From the NCBI GenBank assembly GCA_958009085.1, contig OY253687.1, positions 124,001 to 188,000 of the forward strand: a stretch of 64,000 nucleotides of DNA. Reading direction: 5' to 3'. The DNA is from Protoeuglena noctilucae. Lineage: Eukaryota. The translations under genes and the position numbers were made by a program. Shown piece after piece: positions 1 through 13,595 of this stretch; within the stretch, counting starts at the first letter, position 1, and every line of letters begins with the position of its first letter. Under the pieces are notes generated by a model, which saw only the letters and a program-made list of their open reading frames with translations, ran no database searches and was not told the origin of the DNA.

Positions 1-28
1 GCGGCGAAATGCCATCCTCCCGCCATAC

Positions 29-54
29 CTTGCCCGTTTCGTGGGCGTGGCCAT
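29..54 (-). CDS. Possible first coding exon (MATPTKRA) of a gene running off the left edge
   Basis: ATG at 54 followed after 26 nt by a strong donor AAG|GTATGG; too short to identify. Confidence 0.25.
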
Positions 55-415
55 CTCGCCGCCCCAAGCCCCTGTCCCCGCCCGCCCGCGTTCCACGACA
101 AAGCTCAGCCAGTCAATCCGCAGAAAGGAAGGGCCCACGTCTCGCTGGGCGCAAGAATACCTGCTTAGGGACACTGCAATTCAACACCGTAGCTGGCTGC
201 GCGAGATGGATGATGGCGCGCTCCACAGTGTCCGGTTTTAAGCTCGCCAGCGCACGAGGTGTCCCTGTTAGCGCACTGGGGATGCACCCCCCCGGCCTGC
301 GTTTAGGTGTCAGCGCCGTGCGAGACAAAGCTTTCAACGGGTGCGTTTCCCTTGATGGAATGCGGATCGCTAGGAAAAGGGCACGAGAGCAGTTTGGAAG
401 GCAGAGAGCTGCCTG

Positions 416-1751
416 CTAGGGAGAGCACGCCGAGAGTCGGTGGTCGCAGGAGGGCATCCAGCCCTGGAAAGGCCAGGGCGCCACAATGGCTCCTTCGCTG
501 CGCAGTATGTAGATCACGTGGACGAAGGCCGCCATCGTGACGCAGTAGTGCATGAGGTGGTGATCACTGAGCGCAAAATACTGCAGACGGCAGGGCTGGG
601 GGATGGTGGGTGTAGGCCCGCCATTCCACGCGTCTATCAGATGCGACAAGCTAGGAGGCCGCCGTTAGTAAGCGCTCGCTCCCACCTTGTCGTTGTAGTT
701 GTGCCCCCGGAGGTAGAGCAGGGCCCCAAGCAGGTACAGGGCAAGCTCCGCGCCAAAGATGTCGTTGAACATGCCGCGGAAGTACCACACGGCCTGGAAG
801 GCGCCGCAGAGGACCATGGTGAAGGCACGGACCTGCAAGTCAAGGCGGCCAAAGTTCCACTGTGTTGCAGGAGCAGCGGACGGTAATCCGAGCCGGGTCG
901 ACCCCATCCCCGCGCCCACGCCGCACCTTGTGGAAAGGGATGGCGACACATGCCATGGTGATGGCGGTGGCGGCGTAGTAGGGCGCCAGGGACATGTGGG
1001 GGCATGCGGCCTTGAGGGCGGTGTAGGTGGTGGACACGATCCACAGGGCGATGCCCGCGTGGTCCAGCTTCTCCACACGCTTCGAGTCCGGGGAGAGATG
1101 CGTGATGGTGGAGGCCAGGTGGCCGAGGCTCACAGCAGCGCAGTGGGCGGCCAGGGGTGCGCCGCCGGGGATGCGCCGCGTTAACGACAGGGCCAGCAGG
1201 GTCACGAAGACGAGGCAGGGGATGCCGTGGGAGAAAACGTTGACGCGCTCGTAGGGGTCACAGAAGGCGTTGTGCCAGAGGGGCATGTGGGGGAACACGT
1301 TGCCGCGGCTGGCGGGGATGCCGGCGGGGCGGAAGTCACGGCCGGGCACCGGGGGCTGCGGGCAGCCAGAGGGCGTGGAGAGTGAGATGGCGGGCAGTGG
1401 GCAGAGAGCGTTCAGTGTGGATGCCGCAGTGACCTGCACATGAGAGTGCGGCACTCCAAGCCGCACCTTGTCGTGAGGCCAGCCAGAGTACTTGATGTTC
1501 GGATCCCAGCCCACGCGATTCCACCACGGGACGCGCTCCAGGGGCGTGGATGGGGCAGGGGCCCCAGAGGACCCGATGACGGCATCGCTGCCTGTCCCCG
1601 CCGCGGCGATCCTGCGCTCCTCGTCGGCATCATCGTAGGCATCGTCGTCGAACGCACTCGTGGACACGGCGGAGGTGTTGCGCCGAGATTCCCCGTCGCC
1701 AGGCCGCTGCTTGAGCGGCGTGCGCTGCACTTTCCGACCCGACCGCAGCAC
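416..1751 (-). CDS. Haemolysin-III / PAQR family multi-pass membrane protein (spliced; start uncertain)
   Basis: Motifs ERVNVFSH, ASTITH, KLDHAGI and HHLMH across three exons with hydrophobic helices; GT-AG introns join the frames. Confidence 0.85.
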
Positions 1752-2484
1752 GACGCAGTCGCTGCGAGCACGTGGAGCAGCAGAACGGCATAAACGTGAT
1801 GGTTACTGAAGTAAAACTGCGCGGCAAAGGCTTTGTGACGCGACTTCGCGACTTGCAAGTGCAGAGCATCTCTGTGGCCCAGCCCTCTCCCGGCTCAGCG
1901 GCACACGGACCCTCGGGCCGCCACGGTCGACTAGAACTGATCGCGTTCAGCTGCAGCAGGACTCACTCGGAGGGAGGGGATGCCCCCAGCGCAAAATCCG
2001 GGATCGTTCCTTCGGACGCTGTTGTGGACGGCGCCTGCGACGCGCCCGCGGGCCGTGTGGCTCTGCGAGTGGAGCGAGCTGTCTACGTCAGCTGGCGTGT
2101 CAGCGGGGGGCGTGGACGGCGCAGCCTTAGCCCCACAGCCCCGAGAGCGTTCCCGAGAGCGTTGTACAAGAGCATCTCACCCGGAGGCCGCGATCGGCGC
2201 CATTGTCGTAGCACCCAAGTCACCGTAGATGAAAGCACTACAAGATGACGGGGCGAGTAGCCGGAGGAGACGCGGATTGAATTCGCACCGCCAGCGGCGT
2301 TGTCAGACACTTCGTGATGTGCCTTGGTGGACGACCCGGTGGATGACACAACCACTCGCAGCTTGAGCAACTCTCGGAAGCCCCTGCGTCATGTCGTGGT
2401 TTCCTTTCCACTACGCCCTGTGATGCATTTGAGCGAGCAGCTCAGTGCCTGGGCTTGCACGGGCGCTTGGCGGCGCATGTGCTG

Positions 2485-5400
2485 ATGCGCGATGCTATGG
2501 CGTGTGCGGAGCAAAGCCGCGTTGCGCCTCCGTCGGTCGCGCGGGTCCCGCCCCTTGAGGTGAGGGGCTTCGCCGGCCTGAGACGCGGCTCGGCTGGGCG
2601 GGGCTCGCACCCGCGCCGGTTTGCGCGATGCTGCGTCATGGCCATCGACGTTATCGCTTTCTTTGATAGCCGCAGCACCGATCCCGCGCATGAGGTCGCG
2701 GGACACAGTCGTGGGGTCCCAGCTGTCGAGCCCCCGGCTGTCCCCGATCGCCGCGACGCCGGGGAGGCGGGCACGTCCGGCCGTGTGGACGTCTATAGCA
2801 CCGAATTCCTATGGACCGCTCGCCGCACGGGGGTACACGTAAGTCGCGCGGCACGGACGGCTCGTCGGTGTTCCGCCGTCCACTGCTCAACTCTGGCCGC
2901 CTCCATGACTGGATCCTCGCCCTCGTAGGATGGGCGCAACTGGTCAATGTTTCGGTTCCACCTTGCGCAAATCGTGGATGGCGGAACGATCCAGCACGCC
3001 CACGCCCAGCTGCTGTCCTCCGTGCAACGCGCCTCGACCCCTGTGGGCCTTCTCTACGCGCTGCGGGGCGCGCACGCGATCGTCGAGCCTGCGCATATCC
3101 TCGCGGCCCTCTCACGCTGCGCGGCGCTGGCGCAGCGCGCGGGGGCGGGAGGGCTGGCACGCGAGACGGCGGCCACGCTGCTGGGGCACCTGGAGGCGGG
3201 CGGCACCTTCCGGCGGGACCAGCTCAGCGCTCGCGACGCCCTGCGCGCCCTGTGGTGCCTAGCGAGCTGCGAGGGGCGGCCCGGGCCCGGGGAGGCCCGC
3301 CCCGTGCGCGTGGCCCTGGATTTCCTGCAGAGGTGACCAGGCCAGGGGTGACGGGGAACAGATGTATATGTAGTGCCACCAACCCGCCTGCAGCCGCCGC
3401 ACCTTCACGCATGCGTCATGTCGTTTTGCGACTGCCCACACTCGGGCCCGCCGCAGCCGTTTGGACCTCGTGCCCCTTCCGGACCGCGTCGACTTGGCCG
3501 CCGCGGGGGGGAGCCTGGGCGTCGCGCATCCGGTGCTGGACCGCTGCCGGGAGGACGCCCTGGACACCTCTCCTCGGGAGCTGGCCCGGATGTCCCTCGA
3601 CGAGCTCAGGGCCCGGGGGAATGGGACTGACGGTGTGGAGGGGGGGCAACGCGGGGCGCCCGACGCGGTGGAGACATACTGGCGCACGGTGAGAGAAGCG
3701 GGGAACGAAGATGAGATGCAATACTGATGAATGGAGCTGGCAGCGATGCTCAGAGCGTGCTGCTCTGGCACCTTCTGGTCTGGCCGCCCCCGCCGTTTTT
3801 CCTGGGGCGTGGCAGCCACGCGCCGCAGGGTAAATGCGGAGGCCAAAGGACCCCGGCTGGGCTGGCGCCGTTCTGGGGACACGCGGTGCCTGTAAACACC
3901 CGTGCCCCTTTCTCATGCGCCGGGCATTGCCACCTTTACGCGCCACCTAGCGTAGCAACAGGCGTACCCCACAGCAGCCCCCGCCTCCTCCCTGAGCTCA
4001 GACCCTGGTGACCGTGGTAGGAGAGCTAGCCGAGCGAGGGGAGCTGTCGGGAGCCGGCCTCTCGGCCTTCCTGACGAAACTGGCGGAGGAGGCGAGGATG
4101 CGTGACACCAAGGGGGCGGAGGCGAGAGGCTTGCGACACACGCCGTGCTGCTGGCCTTTGCAACTGACGGGGTCGTTGCAACCTCAGCTGGACATCGCGA
4201 ATGTGCCATGTAACAACCTCATCTGCCCGCAGTCGGCTGCACCCGCATCGGAGGACCACGCCGCGATGGGCGGCCCGCGGCCTCTGGACCTGTCCACGGG
4301 TGCTGCCCTCGTCCGGGCGTGCGTGGGGGTGTGGGGCTTGGAGGGTGTGCTACCTGGGGAGGCGTGGAGAGCCATGGCCGACCTGCTGCCAGTGAAACTG
4401 CGCTTGCGGCCCAAAGCGACGTTCTGGGAGGGCGGGTCCGGCACTGGGGCCGGGGGCCATGTGAACTGGGGTCCGCCTGCGAGCGCGGAGGAGTCGAGGT
4501 CCGTGCAGAGACACCTCTCAGACCTGGTGAGGGGACCATCGTTCGAGGGGGAAGGGTGCATGCAATGGCCGCAAGGCTTTGGGCAGAGAGCAACTGTGGC
4601 ACTGCAGCTAGCAATGGACTCAATTTACTCTGCTGTGGACGCAGGAGGCGTGGGCTGCGGGTGCTGAAGCGCACCCGGGCAGCCCTCCGGCTTCCCACGC
4701 CGTGCAAGCGCTGATGGATGCCGCACCCGGTCTGCACATCGCCTGGGCGGCACGGGCCATGGCGTCGTGCCGCTCCGTGCTTTCTTGGGACACCCGCGGG
4801 GCTTTGAGTTACCCTTCTCATGACAGCGCCCCCGGCACAACCGCTGCGGCGGACCCTGCGTCGGTGGAGGCGCTGTGTGCTGCCCTGGGCGGGGTGCTCC
4901 TCAGCCGCGCCCGCTTGCGCGTGGATCCCCGAGATATGACCCATGCGCTGGAAGCGCTGGGTGGATGGCCGGGGGGAGAGGCAGTCATAGGGTGAGTTTC
5001 AAATGCTGGCCTTTACCTGTCCCCTCGCCCAGCTTGATTGTTAGTGTCTGATAGTCAAGCACTCGAGACAGGGTCCCGATTCATTTTATCGCCCTCCCCA
5101 CCGCAGCCACCCCACCTTCCAGGCCTGTCTCGCGGCAAGTGTCCGTGACGCATCCGGGGACCCTGGCGGCCCCCCTTGGCCCAAGCTCGCCCCGCTGCTC
5201 GAGGCCGCCGCCCGGGCAAGGGCGTGCGGGCCGGCTGTCCTGGAGGCGCTGGCGCCGGCGGCGGAAAGGCTGGCGCTGCGCGTGGGGGTGGTCATGGCAG
5301 GGGGGGCGCCGGGCGCTGGGGGATGGGCGCCGGGGCGGTCGCTGGGGCTGACGTTGGGGTCTGAGGCGCTGACGCGGGACGTGGCGGCGGTGGCGGCGGC

Positions 5401-8400
5401 GGGGTGGTCGGCGGAGCACGCGTCTCGGCAGCAGGCCGTGGCAGGGTGGCTGAGGGGCCAGGCGGCTTTGGCGGAGTGGGGCGAGGCGGACAGGGCGGCC
5501 GAGAGGGGGTCGGGGGAGCCAGGGTGGGTGTTTGGCCACGCAAGTGCGTCGGGGGCAGGATCGTGGGAGGGCTTGGGGGGTCTGTGCCGGCTGGGGGACG
5601 AGGAGCTGCAAGAGCGGCTGGCGGTGGCGCTGCGTGGGGCCAAAGACCACCCATGGGAGCTGGGGAGAGGGTTGGAGGACGGGGACGGGGCCAGCGAGCA
5701 GGGCTCTCCGTGGCGGCGGGACAGCTCTTCGGGAAGATCGTGGCCAGGGGCGCTGGGGAAGGGGCACGGGGTACGGGAGGGGGTGGCCCGTGTGCTGGGA
5801 CAGGTGCACGGGATGCTGAGCCTGATGGGTCCCGGGTCACTGCGGGCGGTGGTGGATGCGCTGACATCGGCGCTGCCCAGGGCTAGCGCTGGGCAGGGCC
5901 CCGCGTGGGGTACGGCACCTCTGGCCAAGCCTCGGCATGGGGCGGGCCATGCATCGACGAGGGCGATGAAGGGGGCGGGAAGCGGCCCATTGTCAGAGTC
6001 TCTGAACGCCTGGGACCGGCAGTGGCGCGCCACGCTGGGCATGCGAGTGCGGGAGAGGAGCGTGGGGGAGGACCCCGTCCCAAGGGCGCTGGCGGAGGCG
6101 TGGGGGGGCGTGAGGGACGAGGAGAAGGGCGTGGCGCGGGCGATGAGGGATCGCTGGGCGCTGGGGAGGGAGGCAAGTGCGTGGGCTGCGGGGTGCGAGC
6201 GTGAGAAGCAGGGCGCTGCTGGGCCGGGAGTCGCGCAGATGGGCAGCAGCGGCGAGGTCCAGAAGGGGCCGGGTGCCCCGCAAGCCCCGCCCTTTCTTGC
6301 TTTGGCTGCGGAGGCGCTGCTGGCGATGGGCGACGTGGTGGCCCTCTCGCGGCAACCCATGGCCGACGCCCGCGCGGGGGCGGAGCTGCTAGAGAGGGTG
6401 GCGCGGGGTGGCTGGGCATCCGACGGGGCCAGTGAAGTGGGCCCTGACGCAGCCGGGACTACCGATAAGAGCGGTGCGGGTCGGGCGCGTCCGCCCTCGT
6501 TTGCGCGGGCCTTTTCGGCAGCCATGTGGGGAGCGATGGAGGCTCACCTGGGTCCGCTCACGTCCCCCGATGGCGCCTTTTCCATGCCAAGCAGGGCGCG
6601 GGACGCCCGAGAGGAGTCAGCCACACCTGGGGCTTCCGTGCAACCCTACGGCAATGACAGGGCCTGGGGTGGGCGGCCGGGGTACCAGGCGTTGTCCGAT
6701 GCGGCCGCTGCGGCGCTGGCGCTGTCCCGGGCGGGGTTCCCACCCCCTGCGGAGACGCTGCGAGTTCTGTCTGGGTCGGCTTTGGCTGCGAGCATGGCGC
6801 GGACGGATGCTGGGGTAACGGAGGCGGAGGGGGGCGGGGGCGCCGCACTGTGCCGCTCCCTGTCAGAGCTGACGCAGGGGCTGGCGGCCCTGGGGTGCCT
6901 GAACGAGCCGGGTGAGGCGATGGCCGCGTCTTGCTGTGTCGTCCTGCACCACTGGCCGCGTGTCTGCTCCCATCCTGTCACCGGCCCTCCTCGCAGTGTC
7001 GACGGCCCTGCGCCTGGCTGCCGGCGAGGTTTTGGCGGAGGAGGCCCCCCACCCCGACCTCTGGTCCAGCGTGCCAGGCGCACGCCATGCGGCCGATGCC
7101 ACCGCCAGGCCCAGCGTGCGCCCCCCGGGCCCTCCCTTCTATCTGGAGCAGGACCTGCTGTGGGTCCGGAGCCCGGGCCGCGAGCGCGTGGTGGCGCTCA
7201 CGCTGACCCCGGCGGCCTTCTGGCTCTGCGCCAGTGGGCCCCTGGACTTCCTGCGGTCGAGCGACCCCCGGGCGGCGCGGGCCGTGGCGCAGGCGGTGGT
7301 GGGGGCGCCGCTGGACGAGCTGCGGTCGCGGACGGCGGCCGTGGCGGCGGGGGTGCTGATGTCCCTGCAGGGTCGCTCGCCCCTGGCGCGCCTGGCCGCC
7401 CAGAGCGACGTCTACGAGCAGGCGACGGTGGCGGCCGCGTTCCACGCCCGCGACGCGGCGGCCCGGGGGGGCTCGGCCCCTCCCTGGGTGACCCCCTGGG
7501 TGAATGCCATGGTGGGGGAGATGCTGCAGAGGTACCACGGGGTGCTGAGGGGCGGGAGCGAGGGGGAGGAGGTCACCGTGTCAGGCGAGGGGTGGGGCGA
7601 CGACGGTGCTAGTTACGGCATGTAAAGTGACCGGGGCAGAGAGGCGAGGATGTTTGATGTCTTTTCTTGCTGCTCGCAGACGCGCGGCTGCTGACGGAGG
7701 CGGGCCTGCGCATGGCCCGGGCTGCGGCCCATTACGGTGTCGTGACGGGGGCGCCCTGGGAAGTCTCCGCGGACCTCGCCACCACCACGGCGCTCACTGC
7801 GGCGCAGGTGAAACTGTGCAGTGTATTGCCGGGAAACGTGATTTTGGCAGAAGCAACCGCTCTCAGCATCGGCAGGCCTCTCTCGATCTGCCATGACCCG
7901 TCCTTCTCACTGCCACCCTCGCAGCTCGCCCTGGGCCGGGCTTCGTCCACTCCCACCGATCCCGAGCAGTGCCTGGACGCGGCATCCCTTGCCCTGTCCC
8001 TCGAGACCCTCGCCCTGTCCCGTGCACCCATCCCTCTGGCCCTGCGGCCCCTCCTTCCCAAGGCCATGGCCACCGTCGCCCAGTCCCACCTCAGCCCTCG
8101 CGCCCAGGCGTGGGGCCTCTACCACCTCGCGCGCCGTGCTGCCGCCACGCCCGCCGAGTTCCAGGGATGCCTGGCCAAGCTGCTGGTGGCGCTGGGCGCC
8201 CACCGCAAGGCCGCGGCAGCGGGGCACACGGGGGATGCGGCGGGTGGCAGCGGGGGCTCTGCGGGCGAAGGGGAGGGCGCGGAGGGGGCGCAGAGCGAGG
8301 GCAGCGCCGAGGGAGGTAGTGGCGGAGAGGGAGGGACAGGGGTGGGGGTTGGGAAACAGCCCGGGACGCAGGCCCAGGTGCAGGGGGATGGGGCGTGGCG

Positions 8401-10167
8401 CGTGCGTGTGTTCCGCCAGCTGGGGGTGTCGGGGGCGTTTGCGCTGTGGAGGGCGTTCCAGTTCGCGCGTCTGCGCTGCGAGCTGGAGGGGGCGGCGCTG
8501 CCGGACTGGATGACCGAGTCGGTGGCTGCCGTCAACGCGGCCGTGGCCGAGGGGGCGCAGAGGGGGGCGGTGCGGGGGCGGGGCCCGCTGGGGATGATGG
8601 AGCTGAGGGGAGACGCGAGCGAAGGCGACGAGTCATCGGAGGGCGCGGGAGAAGAGCGTCGCGGCCAGCTTGGGTTGTCGCGGGATGCGGCGTCCGACAG
8701 AGGGCCTCAGGAGAGCGAGGGGCCCGTGGGCGAGGGTGGCGCCGAGGGTGTGCAGGCGGAGACGGAGTCGGTCCCGGCAGCAGAGGCGTTGAGCAAAGTG
8801 AGGGGAGGGCGCAGGGCGCACGACGGGCCGGCGCTGCGGCGGGAGCTGGCGGGGTACCTGCCGGTGGGAATGTGGGGCCACGCTAGGCAGGCGGCGCTGG
8901 TGGTGCGGCGGGCTCTGGTGGCGGGCGTCATGCCAGACGCGGACACGGACGCCAAGGCATGGCGGGAGGAGAGTGCGTGGGACGGGGATGGGGAAGGGGA
9001 TGACGGGGGGGTGGAGAAAGGGTCCCGCGACCGAGGGGCGATGCTGGAGCTTTTCGGAGAATACGCGGGGGCAAGCGACGCCTCGGCGGAGGAGGCAGCG
9101 CAGGGGGCTGGCGAGGGGTGCGACGACCCTCCCACGTACGGGGTGGCGCTGCGGGCGCTCAACGCCTTGACGGTGCACATCGCCAACGTGTACCTGTGGC
9201 AGCCGCAGTCGCGGTGGCTGCAGAGCCAGAGGAGCGGGGGCGGTGCGGGCGAGCAGGCCCCGCCGGGCGCGGAGGGCGCGGACGCCACGCCGGGGGACCT
9301 GGGGGCGGGTCTGGGGCCTGGCCTGCCCGTCGGCCTGGTGCCACCGTCGGAGCCTTACGCCATGACGGTCCCTGACCGCTGGGGCCAGCTGTGCGCGGTG
9401 TACCTCCTCCGTACGCTGTCGCAGCCGGCCTTCCGCCGGGAACACGGGGACCCAGCGCTGCTGCCGCGGCTGGCGCGGGCGGTGGCAGCCGTGGCGCTCA
9501 TCCCGCCCGGAGAGGTGCGTGTGTGTGGGGGGGTCCGCTGGGATGCTAGGCCCTGGGATGAGTGGTGGCCGTGACTGCTTAGGGTGTCCCTCCGCGTCGT
9601 GACTGGCGAGGGTGTGGACTTCCATGACCCGTTCCTTGCCCTCAGATCCCCGGTCTGACGTTTGAGTTGGACGCCCCGATGCAGGCAGTGTCCACTGGCC
9701 TGGCGCGGTGCGCGCTGCTGGCGGCTGAGAGTTTGGCAGCCGAGGACCCCTGGTTCGGCGGCGCGCGGCGGGTGGTGGCCCCGCTGCCCGAGGCGGGGAA
9801 CCTCATCGCCGGGGCGCTGCTGAGCCCCGTGCACGCGTCGCTGCTCCCCTCGGTGCGGGGGGCGCTGCTGCGGGCGGGCCGCGTGCTGTCCGACCCCCGG
9901 GCAGTCAGCCGCATGGATGTGGCGGTGCGCATCAACACGCTGCGGTTCCTCAGCCGCCTCGTGGCCCTGCGGCTGCCTGAGGCACGGGACATGTACCGGT
10001 CCGTCATGGCGTCAGCACCGGAGGGCACGCCTGACCCCCTGGCCTCCTCGGAGGTGGGGGACGCGGAGGGGGTAGGCCTGTCCAGGATGGCGAGGGGGGG
10101 GTTCTCTGGGGGAAGAGACGAGAGCTCGCGGGCGCATGCGGGGGGTCAGTGGTGGTGGCGCCAGTGA
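2485..10167 (+). CDS. Very large Ala/Leu/Gly-rich, probably alpha-helical protein of unknown function, possibly organelle-targeted (multi-exon)
   Basis: Long same-strand ORFs (2947, 4008, 4702, 5282, 6912, 7667, 9667) joined by GT-AG introns (e.g. 4992-5106 keeps frame); Arg/Ala-rich N-terminus; amphipathic segments such as ARDALRALWCLAS; no recognisable catalytic motif. Confidence 0.6.
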
Positions 10168-10351
10168 GGCTCCACGCGCCTCGCCAGCTCACTTTCTCGG
10201 CTGTCTCTCCGCATGACTTTAACGAGCATTTGCGACTGCGGCGCTGCGCTTGGCTGGCGCGTGGACCCTTGTTCTGCTTGGCGCCTATGAGCTTGCGCAC
10301 TGCCGGTGAAGCAAGGTGATGCACCCTGGCCACCACTGTCGTCGCCGTCGG

Positions 10352-13300
10352 TCATGGCTTGGCCACGGCGGGGCATCCCCCGCCCCCGCACCCGCACGCG
10401 GGGTCGTCGCAGGAGCAGAAGGACGACCCCGCGGGCGCAAGCACGGCCAGGGCGAAGGGCTGTCCCTTACCCTTCTGGAGCTGCGCGTGTGGCAAGCCGC
10501 ATCTCATCCACACCTCGCAGTGACGCGCGCCTGTATCTGATCATGCACCTCGTGCCTCTGCTGCTCACCTGGAACCCCTTGCCCCCGTCCCCCGGGACCC
10601 ACGCCGCGTCCACGTCGCTCCCCCACACCCGCACCAGGTACCGCGCGCCCGCGATGGGCTGCGCCACCTCCCCACGCTCGGCGTTGTTGAGGTTGTCCGG
10701 CCGCGTGGCGCTGCCATAGTCTACACTGCGGACGGGGCGCCAGCGCGACGGGGGCGTGGGGCGTGGTGGCGCATCGCAGACCGGGGCAGGCGGGGACAGG
10801 CACGCACCCAAAGGGAAAGTAGCGCATGGGCGGACTCCACGACGACGGCTCGCGAGGAGGGACGCCGGAGAGGGGCGTGAAGATGCTCAGGTCGAGGTCG
10901 TTGACGAGGACGGGGTCGCTGCCCCGGGAGACGCGGCCGGGGGGGTCGGTCCAGGCGAGCGTGGCGCGGAGGGGGTGGTCGAGGGTGGGGACGAGCCAGG
11001 GGGGCGACCCGTCGGCGATGGGGCGCAGTCGCGAGGCCACGGCGGCCCTCACTGCCGCGGGTGCCCCGCCCACGTCAACCTCGACCCCGTGGCTGCCGTT
11101 GGGAGGACCCGGCATGGTCACGCAATAGTCGGCCGCCTGCTGGTCCCCCACCGCCACACCGTCCACCACGAACAACCGCGTCGTGCCCGTCCTGGCGCCC
11201 ACTGGCAGCGACTCCCCCAGGTCCACGCGGCCCCAGCCTGGGAGGGTCCGAAGTGGGTTTTCAAGGGTCAGCCGAGGCATGCGGGCAGTCGTCGCATCCG
11301 CAATGCCCTTTTCTGCAGCCCTGCCTTGGCGGAAGCTGGGCGGGAACTCGAGGGGCGTGCCGTCCTCCGCGCTTCCCCACAGTGGCCGGGCGCCGTTGAA
11401 GAGGGCCGCGCGGATGAGGGCGCTGGAGGGGTCGATGCCCAGCGTCGCGTTCCTGGCCGCCGTGGCGCTCGCGTGGCGGCCCTCCCTGCGCATCCCGGGG
11501 AAAGAGACATGGCAGGCCACGCACCAGCGTGGCGCGGGCCGGGTCCACACCTGTAGGGACATGCTCGAAGCACACCTGAAGTACTGACGCACCAGTGCCG
11601 TGGAGCCTCCCATGAGAGCGGCCGACATGGACGTGCCGCTCATACTCTCCACGCCGCAGTGGGGCTTGTCCTCGTTGTCCCCGAGCGCGCTGAAGACGTG
11701 CCGGCCCGGCACCACCACGTCCGGCTTGACGCGGCCGTCCGTGGTGGGGCCGTAGGCGCTGAAGGGCGCCATGGACTCGTAAGGCTCAGCGCTGCGGTCC
11801 ACGGCGCCCACCAGGACCAGCCGGGGCGCGCCCTCCGCCATCGCAGCCACGCCCCCGCTCGACAGCGCCTGGGGGCACCCGGCCGCCATCGCAGCCACCG
11901 CCGCGGCGGCGGGCTCGCTGAGCTGGGGCCCGGCTGGCGGGTCGCCCTCGGCCCCGCTCCCCGCAGGAACAACCGGCGCAGACGCGGCCGCCCCCGCACT
12001 CGGGGTGGGGCTCGCAGCCACGGCCGGCGTGGGCGTGGGCGTGGGCGCGGGGGAAGGAAGCCCCTTGAGTTCCCGACCCAACTCCTGCGCCACGTGGGCC
12101 ATGTGCATGAGGTAGGCCCCTGTGCTCCAGGGCACGCTCCCCACCGGGACGGTCACCGCCCGGCCGTCCCCCTCGCGCCCCGGCGGCACGGCTAGCAGAG
12201 GGAAGGCCGACCCGCTACGGCCGCTGTTGAACACGATGACTGCCACCGCCCCCGCCGCCTGCGCAGCCTTGGCCTTATCCACGAAAGGGCACCCCCCGCG
12301 CTCCACCAGGACCACCGCGCCCTGCATGTCCTGCCCGAACTGCGCCTTGAGCCCCGAGGGACCCTGGACGCATGCGTCGATGGGATCCGCGGCAGCCAGG
12401 CGAACGCCAGGTGGAGACTTGGCTGCGGGGGCGTCGCGAGAGAGCCCATAGCATAGGAAGGGCATCGTCGCTGCATGCGGTGCGAGGCAGCTGTCGGCAT
12501 GTCACCGCTTGGGCTGATCTGCTCCCAGTCGGGTCCGAAACCGGCGGGGTAAACCTCGAAGCCCCGGGCCCGGCATTCGGGCATGGTCAGCTTCAGTCGC
12601 ACGGTCCTCTCGGCCCCATGGCTCCCCAGCAGCTGCTGCGATGGCCTCGCGGGCTCGCCGGTGCCGGTGGCGCCCACGGAGAGGGCGTTCTTGGCGATCG
12701 ACGGCGACACGACGGTCGTGACTTGGTGGTCGTGCTCGCCGTCGTTGCCGGCCGACAAAACTGGGGTGAAATCCATCGTCTGCCACGCAAACCAGTCCAC
12801 ATCCCTGGCATACCGGTCGTAGTACGATGCGCTTCCGCCCCACGAGTCGCTGTGGACCCTCGCTCCTCGCTCGTAGCTCCACGAGTAGTACGAGAAGGCG
12901 TCCGCGCCTCGCACCTCGACCCCATCGCCCGTTGCCTGGCCCAGGTCGGTGAAGAGCAGCTGCGGGCGTAGGAGACGGATGCAAAGCCCCAGTTGCTTGG
13001 GCTAGCCGCAAATGTAAAGGCAGACGCCAGCCCCAGTGAGTATGATGGCCCTCGCCTTGGCGTCCTTCGCCATGCCGTCGTACATGGCGGGGGCCCCACC
13101 CCCCAACGCCTGGCCCAGGACCGACCCACACGTGTGCGTGCCGTGCTGCCGGTCGAGAGGGCCGTCCACTTTGCTCCCCAGGAACCGCCGCGCCAGCACC
13201 TTGCGGTGCTGAGGGCCGGGGTCCGTGGCGTTTGGGTCTGGGGATGAGGACGATGGCGTCCCAGGACGAGCAAAGCAAGAGCTGACGAACAGCAAGCCCG

Positions 13301-13595
13301 GTCTCATCGCGGTCTCACCAAAGAAGTAGCAGCTCCAGACATCGAGACCGGTGTCGCCCACGCCCACGAGCTCCCCCGTGCCGGTGAGTCCGGCCTCCCA
13401 CAGCGGACGCGCGTGCGCTCGCTCCTCGCGGCTCGACTCGAGCTTCCACGGGTCCGGCGTCCCTTGAATGATCGATGTTGGCACGAAGTTCATGGGACGG
13501 ACATTCATGGGGGCAGAGCACGCGCCGGCAAGGGTCAGCCCCGCGAGCGCGACCGTCGAGGCAGCCCTGAGGCCGCGCGGCCGCTCGAGGGCCAT
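10352..13595 (-). CDS. Subtilisin-like serine protease (S8, KP-43/Tag-type) with inserted PA domain
   Basis: Catalytic triad motifs GVGDTGLD, HGTHTCGS, GTSMS; SAGNDG oxyanion motif; GPTTDGRVKPDVVVPG; PA motif VERGGCPFVDKAKAAQAAGA; C-terminal LAWTDPP, VNDLDL, NNAE, QPFALAV; hydrophobic N-terminal signal. Confidence 0.92.

Noticed and set aside
5086..6525. Long antisense or alternative-frame ORFs (also 8633-9625, 18109-19086, 50160-51665, 61085-61915)
   Set aside because: Shadows of GC-rich coding exons; Pro/Arg/Gly-rich translations with no motifs
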